DNA of 53,600 nucleotides, taken from a virus (taxonomy: Duplodnaviria > Caudoviricetes). The DNA lies in the IMG/VR virus record IMGVR_UViG_3300030708_001013, positions 1 to 53,600 of that record; one strand, given 5' to 3'. Within the stretch, counting starts at the first letter, position 1; each line of letters opens with the position of its first letter. This document shows positions 45,509-53,600 of this stretch, one piece after another. The notes below the pieces were generated by a model. The model saw only the letters and a list, made by a program, of their open reading frames with translations. It had not been told where the DNA came from and did not search any database. Made by a program: the position numbers and the translations under genes.

Positions 45509-46172
45509 GAGTGTTAAAGAAATATTACCTGCATTACTATCTGTTACAGATAGTATGCAAGCAGAAAAAGATGGTAAGAATCCACATTTTAGGTCAGACT
45601 ATATGACGTTAGATGGTATTCTTAATACAGTTAAACCTATATTAAAAGATGTAGGTATTGTTATATTGCAATCTATTGATAACAATATATTTTCATCAGA
45701 TAAAGCAACTTGTGTAATAGAATGTCATACTAAACTATTACATACAAGTGGAGAATATATCGAATCTAAATGTATTGTTCATGCAGATAAGATGACACCA
45801 CAAGGTTATGGTTCAGCAATAACATATGTAAGAAGATATGGTATTACTACAGCATTAGGTATTGCAGAGGCTGATGATGATGGGAATGCAGCGGAGGTTG
45901 CTTCGGCACCAAAAAAGCCAGCAAGTAAACCCAAACCTGTACCTATTAATACAAAGAAAGTAGAGCCTCAAAAAGATGCATTACTATCTGAAGAACAAAC
46001 AAATAAAATAATAAAAGTATTTGATGATATTGATGTAGAGATATGGGATCTAGAAAAGATTGTAGGTAGCCATGAGAAGTGGACTGAATCTACTAGAGTA
46101 AAACTACTAGCATCATATAATAATATTCAAAATGGTATTAAATCTGTAGAAGATTTTAAAGCAGGTAAATAA
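45495..46172 (+). CDS. erf: ERF-family ssDNA annealing protein
   Basis: KDGKNPHFRSDY, LLHTSGEYI and PQGYGSAITYVRRYGITTALGIA..DDDG. Confidence 0.92.
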   Translation: MKTSESVKEILPALLSVTDSMQAEKDGKNPHFRSDYMTLDGILNTVKPILKDVGIVILQSIDNNIFSSDKATCVIECHTKLLHTSGEYIESKCIVHADKMTPQGYGSAITYVRRYGITTALGIAEADDDGNAAEVASAPKKPASKPKPVPINTKKVEPQKDALLSEEQTNKIIKVFDDIDVEIWDLEKIVGSHEKWTESTRVKLLASYNNIQNGIKSVEDFKAGK

Positions 46173-47554
46173 TGGAAACTAAAACTATATCATCTGAAAA
46201 TTTTATCATTGGATCAATCATTAATGATTATCCTTTGTTTAGAAAAATTTCTAGTGATTATGGTTTAGATGTTGAACATTTTGAAACAGCTACAGCAAAG
46301 CAAGTATTTGTTGTAGCTGATTATTTATATTCACAAGGCACAATAATAGATCCAGCATCTGTTATCGAAAACATTGAACAAAATAAAAGTAATGTAGATA
46401 TAGAAGCTCTATCACAAGTTGTTGTAAATTCTTTGAATATAACAACTAACACAGAAAATATTTCTAAACATATAGATAATATTATTATGAAATTTCGTAG
46501 ACGTAAGATTAAAGAACATCTTTCGTCTGGTATACAAGCATTAGCAAATGGGGAGGATTTAGATGCGATAATAAGTACAACTAAATATAATATATCTAAC
46601 TTAAAAATTAATGAAGACGAACAAGTGTCTATTAATGATACTATTAAAGGAATGAAAGATAAGTATATCTTAATAAAGAATAAAGGCTGTATGGGTGTTC
46701 AATCCAGATGGAAACAAATACAAGATCACACAGCAGGTTATCCTTTTGGAAAGATAACTGTACTGGGTGCAAGACCAAAGATGGGTAAGTCTACGCTTGC
46801 TTTAAATGAAGCTGTATTTTCTAGCATAGTAAATAAATTACCTACTTTAGTTTTTTCCATTGAGATGGATAAATCAGAGTTGTTAGAAAAAGCAGGATCA
46901 GATATTGCAGAAATAGATAACAAAGATTTAAAACTTGGTAACCTATCTGAAAAAGATATAGAGAGATTTATATCTAATGGTCCCGAAATAATATCCAAAT
47001 GTCCTTTATATATTAAGGATAGTCCGTCACAGACTGTAGAATCTATATGTTCTGATATAAGAGAATATGCAACAGATCATGATGTTAAGTTTGTTATTGT
47101 AGATTACCTACAAATAATAAGTTCAACACCTGGAATGTCATTTCAAAATAGAGCATATGAGATACAGTATATGACTAATCAATTAAGAATAGCAGCAAAA
47201 GAAACTGGAGTTGCTCTTATTCTTTTGTCGCAGATAAGCAGACCATTCAAAGGTAAAGACAGTTCAAACATTGCACCCATGCCAGAAATGCATGATCTTA
47301 AAGATTCTGGTGCTATTGAACAAGACGCATATATAATAATGTTTATTGGTCCACCAACAATTATCCCTGAAAATAAACCTTCATGGATTAATCCACATGT
47401 GGAACAATGTACAGTTAGAATTGCAGCTAATCGTGGTGGTTCATCAGGAGAAATACATATGATGTTTAATAAACCACACAATAAGTTTTTATCAATGGCT
47501 GAATATCAAGTATTTAAAAACAAAGCATATGGTGGTAAAAATGACCCTTTCTAA
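46172..47554 (+). CDS. dnaB: DnaB-like replicative helicase
   Basis: GARPKMGKST, FSIEM, VIVDYLQII, LSQISR, DLKDSGAIEQDA and ANRGG. Confidence 0.95.
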   Translation: METKTISSENFIIGSIINDYPLFRKISSDYGLDVEHFETATAKQVFVVADYLYSQGTIIDPASVIENIEQNKSNVDIEALSQVVVNSLNITTNTENISKHIDNIIMKFRRRKIKEHLSSGIQALANGEDLDAIISTTKYNISNLKINEDEQVSINDTIKGMKDKYILIKNKGCMGVQSRWKQIQDHTAGYPFGKITVLGARPKMGKSTLALNEAVFSSIVNKLPTLVFSIEMDKSELLEKAGSDIAEIDNKDLKLGNLSEKDIERFISNGPEIISKCPLYIKDSPSQTVESICSDIREYATDHDVKFVIVDYLQIISSTPGMSFQNRAYEIQYMTNQLRIAAKETGVALILLSQISRPFKGKDSSNIAPMPEMHDLKDSGAIEQDAYIIMFIGPPTIIPENKPSWINPHVEQCTVRIAANRGGSSGEIHMMFNKPHNKFLSMAEYQVFKNKAYGGKNDPF

Positions 47555-47846
47555 AAAAGAACAATATAGAAGATTAAATTCGTATGATGATATTAAATGG
47601 CAAAAACTTTTAGAACCTATAGAAGATTGTCATTTAAAAAGAAAGGTAGCATGTATTGTGTTTTGGGATTTTTATAATCTTCAAACCAAAAGATCACCAT
47701 ATCTTAAAACATTAGTTAGATTATTTAATGTAAACCTGCATGAGGATTTAGTTCCTCAAGCAGTGCTTTACAAAGAGTTATTAAGAATTGGCTATCCTAA
47801 ATGGAGAGCAAGTGAAAGATCTAGGAGACCTAAATGTCACAGATAG
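47529..47846 (+). CDS. Hypothetical protein
   Basis: ORF overlapping the helicase end; start codon uncertain (47529 or 47541). Confidence 0.65.
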   Translation: MVVKMTLSKKEQYRRLNSYDDIKWQKLLEPIEDCHLKRKVACIVFWDFYNLQTKRSPYLKTLVRLFNVNLHEDLVPQAVLYKELLRIGYPKWRASERSRRPKCHR

Positions 47847-48046
47847 TTAAAAAAACAAAAAATACACCTGAATTACATTATGGAATGATGTCAAGATGGT
47901 GTGATCTAATGCAGTTAAATACTGCAGAATATGCACCAGAATGGGTATCACATGTATTTGATAGATCAATGACAATACTTCAACATAAACATCCTGAACT
48001 ATTAGATCAGGTTCGTAAAATTATTAAAGAGAACTTTGATGGGTAA
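47834..48046 (+). CDS. Hypothetical protein
   Basis: 70 aa with AGGAG RBS. Confidence 0.7.
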   Translation: MSQIVKKTKNTPELHYGMMSRWCDLMQLNTAEYAPEWVSHVFDRSMTILQHKHPELLDQVRKIIKENFDG

Positions 48047-48428
48047 CATATCGCCAACTCAAAGAACTCTTAAAGCTAATAGAAATCTTGGTAGAATTTG
48101 TGGTATAGTTGAACGATGGCAGCAATATGGCGGCAAGTTTGGTATACGACAAGATCTATTTGGATTTATAGACATCATAGCTATTGACGAACATTATGGT
48201 ATTGTAGGTATACAATCTACAGGTCAAGATTTCTCTGGACATGTAAAAAAAATCATGGAGCTAGAAGAAATAGTTAAGAAATGGTTAGATCATGCACCAC
48301 TAGAATTATGGTCTTGGCGTAAAGTTAAGAAGGTTCGTGGGGGTAAAGCTATGATATGGAAACCAAGAGTCGCTGATTTTTATATAGACAGTAATAAAGA
48401 ACTAGTTTATAAATTGGTAGACAAATAA
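48036..48428 (+). CDS. PD-(D/E)XK nuclease (Holliday-junction resolvase-like)
   Basis: SPTQRTL...IVERW...RQDLFGFIDIIAI...IQST...ELWSWRK. Confidence 0.75.
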   Translation: MMGNISPTQRTLKANRNLGRICGIVERWQQYGGKFGIRQDLFGFIDIIAIDEHYGIVGIQSTGQDFSGHVKKIMELEEIVKKWLDHAPLELWSWRKVKKVRGGKAMIWKPRVADFYIDSNKELVYKLVDK

Positions 48429-48430
48429 TA

Positions 48431-48477
48431 CGTTCAAGCGAAAGCTCGGAAGTAACACATAGTGTGTGAAGGAACGC
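48431..48477 (+). ncRNA. glnA-type glutamine riboswitch (glutamine-I)
   Basis: CGTTC-A-[AGC GAAA GCT]-CGGAAGTAA-[CACATAGTGTG]-TGAAG-GAACG-C reproduces the glnA motif: P1 CGUUC/GAACG, conserved GGAAGUA and GAAG E-loop strands, and P2 and P3 hairpins. Confidence 0.85.
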
Positions 48478-48494
48478 TAACATGGGAGATTGAC

Positions 48495-48551
48495 ATGGAA
48501 GTTGTTTTCAATTATAGAGGAACTACTTACGTTAAAGTAGTTAAAGTGTAA
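48495..48551 (+). CDS. 18-aa DUF4278-like (YRGxxY) peptide downstream of the riboswitch (not in ORF track)
   Basis: GGGAG RBS, then MEVVFNYRGTTYVKVVKV*. YRGxxY peptides are the known cargo of glutamine riboswitches. Confidence 0.8.
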   Translation: MEVVFNYRGTTYVKVVKV

Positions 48552-48555
48552 CAGA

Positions 48556-48580
48556 GAGGGAGCTTTAGGCTCCCTTTTTT
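48556..48580 (+). terminator. Intrinsic terminator after the riboswitch-peptide unit
   Basis: agggagc-tttag-gctccct-ttttt. Confidence 0.85.
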
Positions 48581-48602
48581 AATTTAAAAAAAGGATAGCT
48601 TT

Positions 48603-48692
48603 ATGGATACAGCAGATTTATGGGCAATGATAGTAATCGCTTTATCATTTGTTTTATTAGTATTCATTATGGGAGATTGTAATGATAGATAA
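48603..48692 (+). CDS. 29-aa single-TM peptide
   Basis: AAGGA upstream; MDTADLWAMIVIALSFVLLVFIMGDCNDR*. Confidence 0.55.
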   Translation: MDTADLWAMIVIALSFVLLVFIMGDCNDR

Positions 48693-48798
48693 TTTACTAT
48701 TTTTATTATTTATTATTTGTACAATCCTTCTTACATGGATTACTATTGAAGACTCTCTTGAAGTAAACGAAAAGATGGATGACAAATGGGAAAACTAA
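48682..48798 (+). CDS. 38-aa single-TM peptide
   Basis: GGGAG upstream; MIDNLLFLLFIICTILLTWITIEDSLEVNEKMDDKWEN*. Confidence 0.55.
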   Translation: MIDNLLFLLFIICTILLTWITIEDSLEVNEKMDDKWEN

Positions 48799-48896
48799 TC
48801 AACACTAATGATAAAGAGGGTTTGTTTATTTCGGGCATATTAACATTAAGCTTAATATGTTTTCTTATAGATCTATTACTTGTATTCTGCAGGTAA
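48786..48896 (+). CDS. 36-aa single-TM peptide
   Basis: MGKLINTNDKEGLFISGILTLSLICFLIDLLLVFCR*; overlaps the previous stop codon. Confidence 0.45.
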   Translation: MGKLINTNDKEGLFISGILTLSLICFLIDLLLVFCR

Positions 48897-48931
48897 TGGG
48901 TCTTTATTTTTTTATTAATAAATATAAAGAG

Positions 48932-49411
48932 CTAGGCATCTTTTATCAAACCAAGTTTTTCACATGATGATTTGTCTATATTAATTATTCTCTCACCTTT
49001 TTCGGCATATTTTTTTAAGAATGGAGGTGGTGTTACAAACCAAACTTCACCTGTTCTATCTTGAGTACCATCTTTTACTTCTATAAAAGCCATTTTTTTG
49101 TCACCCATTTTATTTCTACATCTAGTACAAATACCATAACCAGCTTTTATTAATTCGCCTTCAACTAGTTCTTTCATTATCCAAGCATGTTCTTCACATC
49201 CACATTCAGGACATTCAATCATACCCTTTTTATTTTTCTTTGGTTGATAGCCATATTGTAAATGATTACACTGCGGACAAATATATTTATGATTAGCATT
49301 ACCCATAGGAACCATACCTACTTTATACTCATCTTGACAAACGACACATATACTAATTGCTTGTCTTATATTTGCACCAAATTTTGAATGCGGATCAAGA
49401 TGTCTTGTCAT
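48932..49411 (-). CDS. Zinc-ribbon protein
   Basis: Four CxxC pairs (CVVC, CPQC, CPEC, CTRC). Confidence 0.75.
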   Translation of the reverse strand: MTRHLDPHSKFGANIRQAISICVVCQDEYKVGMVPMGNANHKYICPQCNHLQYGYQPKKNKKGMIECPECGCEEHAWIMKELVEGELIKAGYGICTRCRNKMGDKKMAFIEVKDGTQDRTGEVWFVTPPPFLKKYAEKGERIINIDKSSCEKLGLIKDA

Positions 49412-50403
49412 ACTACTACTCCATCAATAATGCGTTTATTTACTACATTAAATTTTTTACCAGATAATTCGATAGTTGCAAAGCCATGATTCCATTTATT
49501 AAGAACAGCATATTCAGGTTGCATATCACATAGACACCCTAAAGACCAACAATGTATATGTTTATTATCTGCAGTTTTAAACGCATGTTCAGATGTTTGA
49601 TGTCTATGTCCTGCAATAGTACATACCCCTAAATTAGTTTGCAAAGTTCTAGCAAAGTTAACAGGAGCGGTAGAATTAAATAACTCATGTCCATGTATTA
49701 TTGTAAGATGTTGACCAGCTTTAATTTTTTGTTTGCCTTTAACTTCTTCTATACCATATTTATTAAAGTTTAATAAATTATATATTTCAAAGTCTGATAT
49801 ACCTATTATCTCTGGTGCCTTAACCCACATATACTTTTCCCAACGCTCTTCATGATTACCTATCTTATATATAATCCTAGCATGTGGATATCTTTCTCTC
49901 ATATGTTGTATGAATTGTCTACATAACTGAAGTTCTCTAGATAAGTTACGTTCTGCAGGATTCTTTTCCCATCTAGATATAGAGAAGAAATCGGCTATAT
50001 CTCCATTAAATAGTATGGTATCGGGTTCATAGTAGTCTCCATACTCTAAACACGCTTCTAGAGCTTTCTCGTCATGATAAGGCACATGTACGTCAGACAT
50101 CACAAGTATCCTACCATCAGGTAATTTAAAATCTTTAAAAGGACTAGCTATACTTTTAGGTAATTGCATTTTAAATCCTGCTTTACCATTTTCTCTAAAT
50201 GTTTTTTCATGAGAAGTTTTTGCGGTCTTTCTATCTCTATTACCTTTATTACCTCGTCTATACCTAATCATACTTCTAGCATTTTCTAATGTAGTAAAAT
50301 GTTCAGGATATTCTTTATATAATTTTTTTGCTAACGTCATTGTTGGTGCATCAGGAAACTCTTTTAATGTTTTCGATAGCAGATTAACTCTTTCTTCATT
50401 CAT
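49408..50403 (-). CDS. Calcineurin-like metallophosphoesterase
   Basis: SDVHVPYHD, NGDIADF, GNHEER, IHGHE and GHRH motifs. Confidence 0.9.
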   Translation of the reverse strand: MNEERVNLLSKTLKEFPDAPTMTLAKKLYKEYPEHFTTLENARSMIRYRRGNKGNRDRKTAKTSHEKTFRENGKAGFKMQLPKSIASPFKDFKLPDGRILVMSDVHVPYHDEKALEACLEYGDYYEPDTILFNGDIADFFSISRWEKNPAERNLSRELQLCRQFIQHMRERYPHARIIYKIGNHEERWEKYMWVKAPEIIGISDFEIYNLLNFNKYGIEEVKGKQKIKAGQHLTIIHGHELFNSTAPVNFARTLQTNLGVCTIAGHRHQTSEHAFKTADNKHIHCWSLGCLCDMQPEYAVLNKWNHGFATIELSGKKFNVVNKRIIDGVVV

Positions 50404-50680
50404 TATCTTTGTCCTTTTCTATTTGTTTTTGTAAATTAGCTAATGCTCTCCAAGCAACAGCCACCCAATCTTCTTCTAACAAATGACGCATTAATGCATC
50501 TAATTCATCATGTGATTTACTTCTATCCCAGAACATAGGTTTACCAGGATTATGTTGCTGGCTACCTACAAATGATTGCTTTGATACTTCTTTTATTGCA
50601 TCAGGGAAATATTTTATTACACCAGAGTATATAGGATACTCCTTACGTTTACTTGGATCTTCTCCAAAAAAGTCAGACAT
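50396..50680 (-). CDS. DUF5664 (dATP/dGTP diphosphohydrolase-like) protein
   Basis: FPDAIKEVSK.S..G..QH...W...KS.DELDALMRHL....VAWRALA.LQ. AAGGAG RBS before the ATG at 50680. Confidence 0.75.
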   Translation of the reverse strand: MSDFFGEDPSKRKEYPIYSGVIKYFPDAIKEVSKQSFVGSQQHNPGKPMFWDRSKSHDELDALMRHLLEEDWVAVAWRALANLQKQIEKDKDNE

Positions 50681-50690
50681 AGTATCTCCT

Positions 50691-53600
50691 TTACTTGTTT
50701 GCTGCAGATCGGAACCTACCGAACCATGCATCATTAATACTTCTTTGTACATTAATGTCAAGTTTTCTTTTTGATTGTTCTAGTTTTCTTTCAACTGACT
50801 GTTCTATTTGAGATTTATTTGTATCTAATCTTCTTAAAAGAGCTGCAGCTTTATCCATCTTCTTATTATCTTTGGCTTCTAATGCTTTGAAAAATTTCTC
50901 ATAATAATATGATCTAGCTTGTGATATACCTTGAGCTAATATTCTATCTCCATCATATCCATTTTTAACAGCAGCATCTACAATTTCTGCTACAACATTT
51001 TCAAGTTTAGCATTTTTAACTATACCTTTAAATTCTCTTCTTATACCACCTTCTGCATAAACTCTTAATACAGATGCTATTTCTCTTTGTGCAGTATATG
51101 AGTTCATTCCTAATTTAACAGGTGCAAAAAACGTAGTCGGTTTACTTTTAGTTGGATCCATCATACCATCTAATATAGGTTGTAATGATAATGGTACAAA
51201 CTTTTTACCAATAGAAGCTAATCTTCCATCCCACATATTACCATCAACTGCAAATATACTTTCAAGAAAATCATGTTTAGCCCACGGAGTTTCCCATCCA
51301 GGCTTAACTATATCAAATCCTTGCTCCATAACTATTTTAAACCCAATAGAAGATTTACCTAATGCAGTGCCTACAGGATCTCTTAACCAACCTTTTGGAC
51401 CAAAGACCTCATATGCCTGTTTACCCCATGCAAGATATGTTCTTCTTCTTTGAGTTCTTCCTATCTTATCCCACACTCCTATTGTTCTCCAAAATGGAGT
51501 TATATCTACATGTAATTTATGACCAGGTTCATTTCCAAATGTAAATGGAGAATCTTCATCGTCTCCATTACCTGTAGCTTGTGCTAATGCCCATATGGAT
51601 GCTTGTACTATATTAGGTATCCCCATTAATACAATAGTAGGAAATGCTATCCAATATCTAGTAAGTCTATTCCTTGCATGTAATTCACTAGTAGGAGATC
51701 CAATGGCTTTATTAAGAGCATCTAAATGTGTAACACCAGATATATTTAAAGCAGACAATGTCCAGTCAGGTGCGAACATAAATAGGTTTAACCATTTACG
51801 AACTCGTTGATTAGCCCACATATATTTTTCCCACTCTTGTCCACCAAATGCATCATTGACATAAGCAGAAATATCTTCTCTTAATTGTTTTTCATTTACT
51901 ACTTTACCATACATTTCTATTTGTCTTTCTGCTTCTACTGCATATAAATTATTTGCAGAATACATCTTCATGCCTGGTAACATAACTTCCCACAACCAAC
52001 GATCTGTAGCCCATTTAGCTTTATTAAATATTTTTAATCCATGACCTAACCCTTTATACAACATTGGTCCATTAATCATATTAGCTGCAACGTTATCTAA
52101 TTTACTATTTATTAAACCATATTCAATATCAGGAGATCTGCCTGTATCAAATTGTAATCCAGCTTGTACCCATTCTGATCCGTATGTAGGATTGTTTATT
52201 GTTTTTTGATATTCTCTTCTAATATCTTTAATTGTTCTAAATGGATGGAATAATAAATTGCCATTCCATTTTGCAAACTTTCTATATTTATAAGATCCAT
52301 CTTTATTTCTTATAAAGTTTCCATCTTTATCTCTTTCAATAGATCTTTTTTCTAATCCATTTATTCCATCTAATGCAATCAATGATTCTATTAATGCAAA
52401 TGGGTGGAATAAAGATAATCCAATACTCATGGTTTTTGCTACATGATTCATGGTTAATAAAGAATCAAATACTATTCTTTGGAAGTTGTGTTTAAAATCT
52501 TTTTGATCAGCAAATATATGACCCATTAATTTTGCTGCAGTTCCTTTTTTAACCCATGCTGTTTTAATTGATTTATAACCTACTTCTACAACTTCATATC
52601 CTAATGCTGCAGGATTAACTTCTTCTGTTAATCTAGTTAATCTTTCAAATCCATTAATATTTTTTGGTACTTCAGATTTAAATTTACTATCAATAGTAAA
52701 CATTGCTAACTCTAACTTATTAGCTATTGCATGTGCAGCAGGTTCAGTAAGAATACCCATCTTTTCAATGCCTTCTACTAACATCATAGGTAGCATATCT
52801 TCATCAGTAACTTGAGCCATTGCACTTACAGATACTCTTTGTCTAGATACTTTAGCAGTTTCTTCAGTATACTCTTCTATTAAATTAACTAAATCTAAAT
52901 TTTTAGGAACTAATTCTTTAGCATTAAATGCTTGTGTATAAGTATCATACAATCTACCTTCTTCAGATCTAGACTGTTCTCTATCTGCATATGGTAACTT
53001 TTTAAGTCTTTCTAATTCTTCTTTTGTTTTAGCATATGTATGAGGTACATAATTACTTCTTTTAGCAAACCATAACTCTCCTATATATCCACTTGTTTTT
53101 TCTAATTGATCATATTGAGTTTTAAATATTTCATTTAATTCATTAAATAATTTATCTGAATCTGTTGTATCTAATAATTTAGGATGTACTCCTGTAGATT
53201 TTTTATCTGATTTCCATAGTTCCCATGATTGAAATGCTTGTCCTACAGTAGGTATATTAGGTTTAACTTCTTTGTCTTCTTTTTTTGCAGAATAAATTTG
53301 TCCTTCAAATTCAAAAGTCTCTTGTTTTTTTCTTTGTGCTGCATTAAAAGCTTGTTCATACTTTCTATATCTAATTAATTCTCTAGCTAGTTCTGTATTT
53401 ATAATACTTGCTTCTCGCCATTTTTTATTTACTTTTCCATTTTCATCTTTATATGTTTCTAAAAATATAGTTAAAGCTTCTCTTAATAATCTTCCTCGTC
53501 TATCAGATTCTTCAGTTCTTTTGTATACTTTACCATCTTCTGTTACATATTTAGAAGATCCTGTTACAGATAAAATATAAGCTTTATTAGCTCTTCCATA
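50691..53600 (-). CDS. C-terminal part of the giant virion protein (not a separate 753-aa gene)
   Basis: 53600 is in frame with track ORF 50691..52952 (648 nt apart), and the part translated from 53600 downward is open. It joins 1..12787 through the terminal overlap. Contains VNDAFGGQEWE...FAPDWT, typical of C-termini of large podovirus internal proteins. Confidence 0.88.
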   Translation of the reverse strand, partial: YGRANKAYILSVTGSSKYVTEDGKVYKRTEESDRRGRLLREALTIFLETYKDENGKVNKKWREASIINTELARELIRYRKYEQAFNAAQRKKQETFEFEGQIYSAKKEDKEVKPNIPTVGQAFQSWELWKSDKKSTGVHPKLLDTTDSDKLFNELNEIFKTQYDQLEKTSGYIGELWFAKRSNYVPHTYAKTKEELERLKKLPYADREQSRSEEGRLYDTYTQAFNAKELVPKNLDLVNLIEEYTEETAKVSRQRVSVSAMAQVTDEDMLPMMLVEGIEKMGILTEPAAHAIANKLELAMFTIDSKFKSEVPKNINGFERLTRLTEEVNPAALGYEVVEVGYKSIKTAWVKKGTAAKLMGHIFADQKDFKHNFQRIVFDSLLTMNHVAKTMSIGLSLFHPFALIESLIALDGINGLEKRSIERDKDGNFIRNKDGSYKYRKFAKWNGNLLFHPFRTIKDIRREYQKTINNPTYGSEWVQAGLQFDTGRSPDIEYGLINSKLDNVAANMINGPMLYKGLGHGLKIFNKAKWATDRWLWEVMLPGMKMYSANNLYAVEAERQIEMYGKVVNEKQLREDISAYVNDAFGGQEWEKYMWANQRVRKWLNLFMFAPDWTLSALNISGVTHLDALNKAIGSPTSELHARNRLTRYWIAFPTIVLMGIPNIVQASIWALAQATGNGDDEDSPFTFGNEPGHKLHVDITPFWRTIGVWDKIGRTQRRRTYLAWGKQAYEVFGPKGWLRDPVGTALGKSSIGFKIVMEQGFDIVKPGWETPWAKHDFLESIFAVDGNMWDGRLASIGKKFVPLSLQPILDGMMDPTKSKPTTFFAPVKLGMNSYTAQREIASVLRVYAEGGIRREFKGIVKNAKLENVVAEIVDAAVKNGYDGDRILAQGISQARSYYYEKFFKALEAKDNKKMDKAAALLRRLDTNKSQIEQSVERKLEQSKRKLDINVQRSINDAWFGRFRSAANK
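53573..53600. repeat. Terminal overlap, right copy
   Basis: Same 28-mer as 1-28 with one mismatch. The minus-strand frame (YGRANKAYI) is continuous across the junction. Confidence 0.92.

Noticed and set aside
50681-50761. N-terminal extension of the DUF5664-like gene
   Set aside because: It overlaps the giant gene's end; the AAGGAG RBS supports the ATG at 50680.
50691-52952. 753-aa ORF as an independent gene
   Set aside because: Its frame extends to the window end and joins the giant ORF; the TTG start is an artefact of truncation.
1-53600. Stop-codon reassignment as in some crAss-like phages; prophage or integration module
   Set aside because: Genes tile densely under the standard code with TAA, TAG and TGA all used as stops. 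No integrase, repressor or host flanking genes were seen.

Overview
The window appears to be an essentially complete, circularly permuted, AT-rich tailed-phage genome. It is podovirus-like and probably marine or aquatic. The last 28 nt (53573-53600) repeat the first 28 nt with one synonymous mismatch, giving a unit length of about 53,572 bp. A leftward late operon (36516 down to 1, continuing 53572 down to 48932) carries terminase, portal, scaffold, HK97-fold capsid, two glycosyltransferase-sulfotransferase fusions, a holin, a cluster of tiny basic proteins, a PEP-CTERM protein, adaptor/tail proteins and ejection proteins. It also carries a ~5,222-aa gene split by the window ends, which the ORF track mostly misses. 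Hand translation of that gene shows a crAss-type two-barrel RNA polymerase (GEDLDGDK), an LPD23/zincin domain (HELQH), a Pol-beta-type nucleotidyltransferase domain and membrane segments. A rightward early/replication region (37001-48896) encodes a lysozyme, a MoxR AAA+/VWA module, a Cas4-like exonuclease, ERF, a DnaB helicase and a resolvase-like nuclease; I saw no DNA polymerase, primase or integrase. Notable non-coding elements are three copies of a hairpin plus AAAC(G/A)T(T/A)ATC-N6-GGT motif ahead of the early units (candidate virion-RNAP promoters), sigma70-like late promoters, a run of structured RNAs, and a glnA-type glutamine riboswitch ahead of an 18-aa YRGxxY peptide. All family assignments come from motif recognition by eye, not from database searches.
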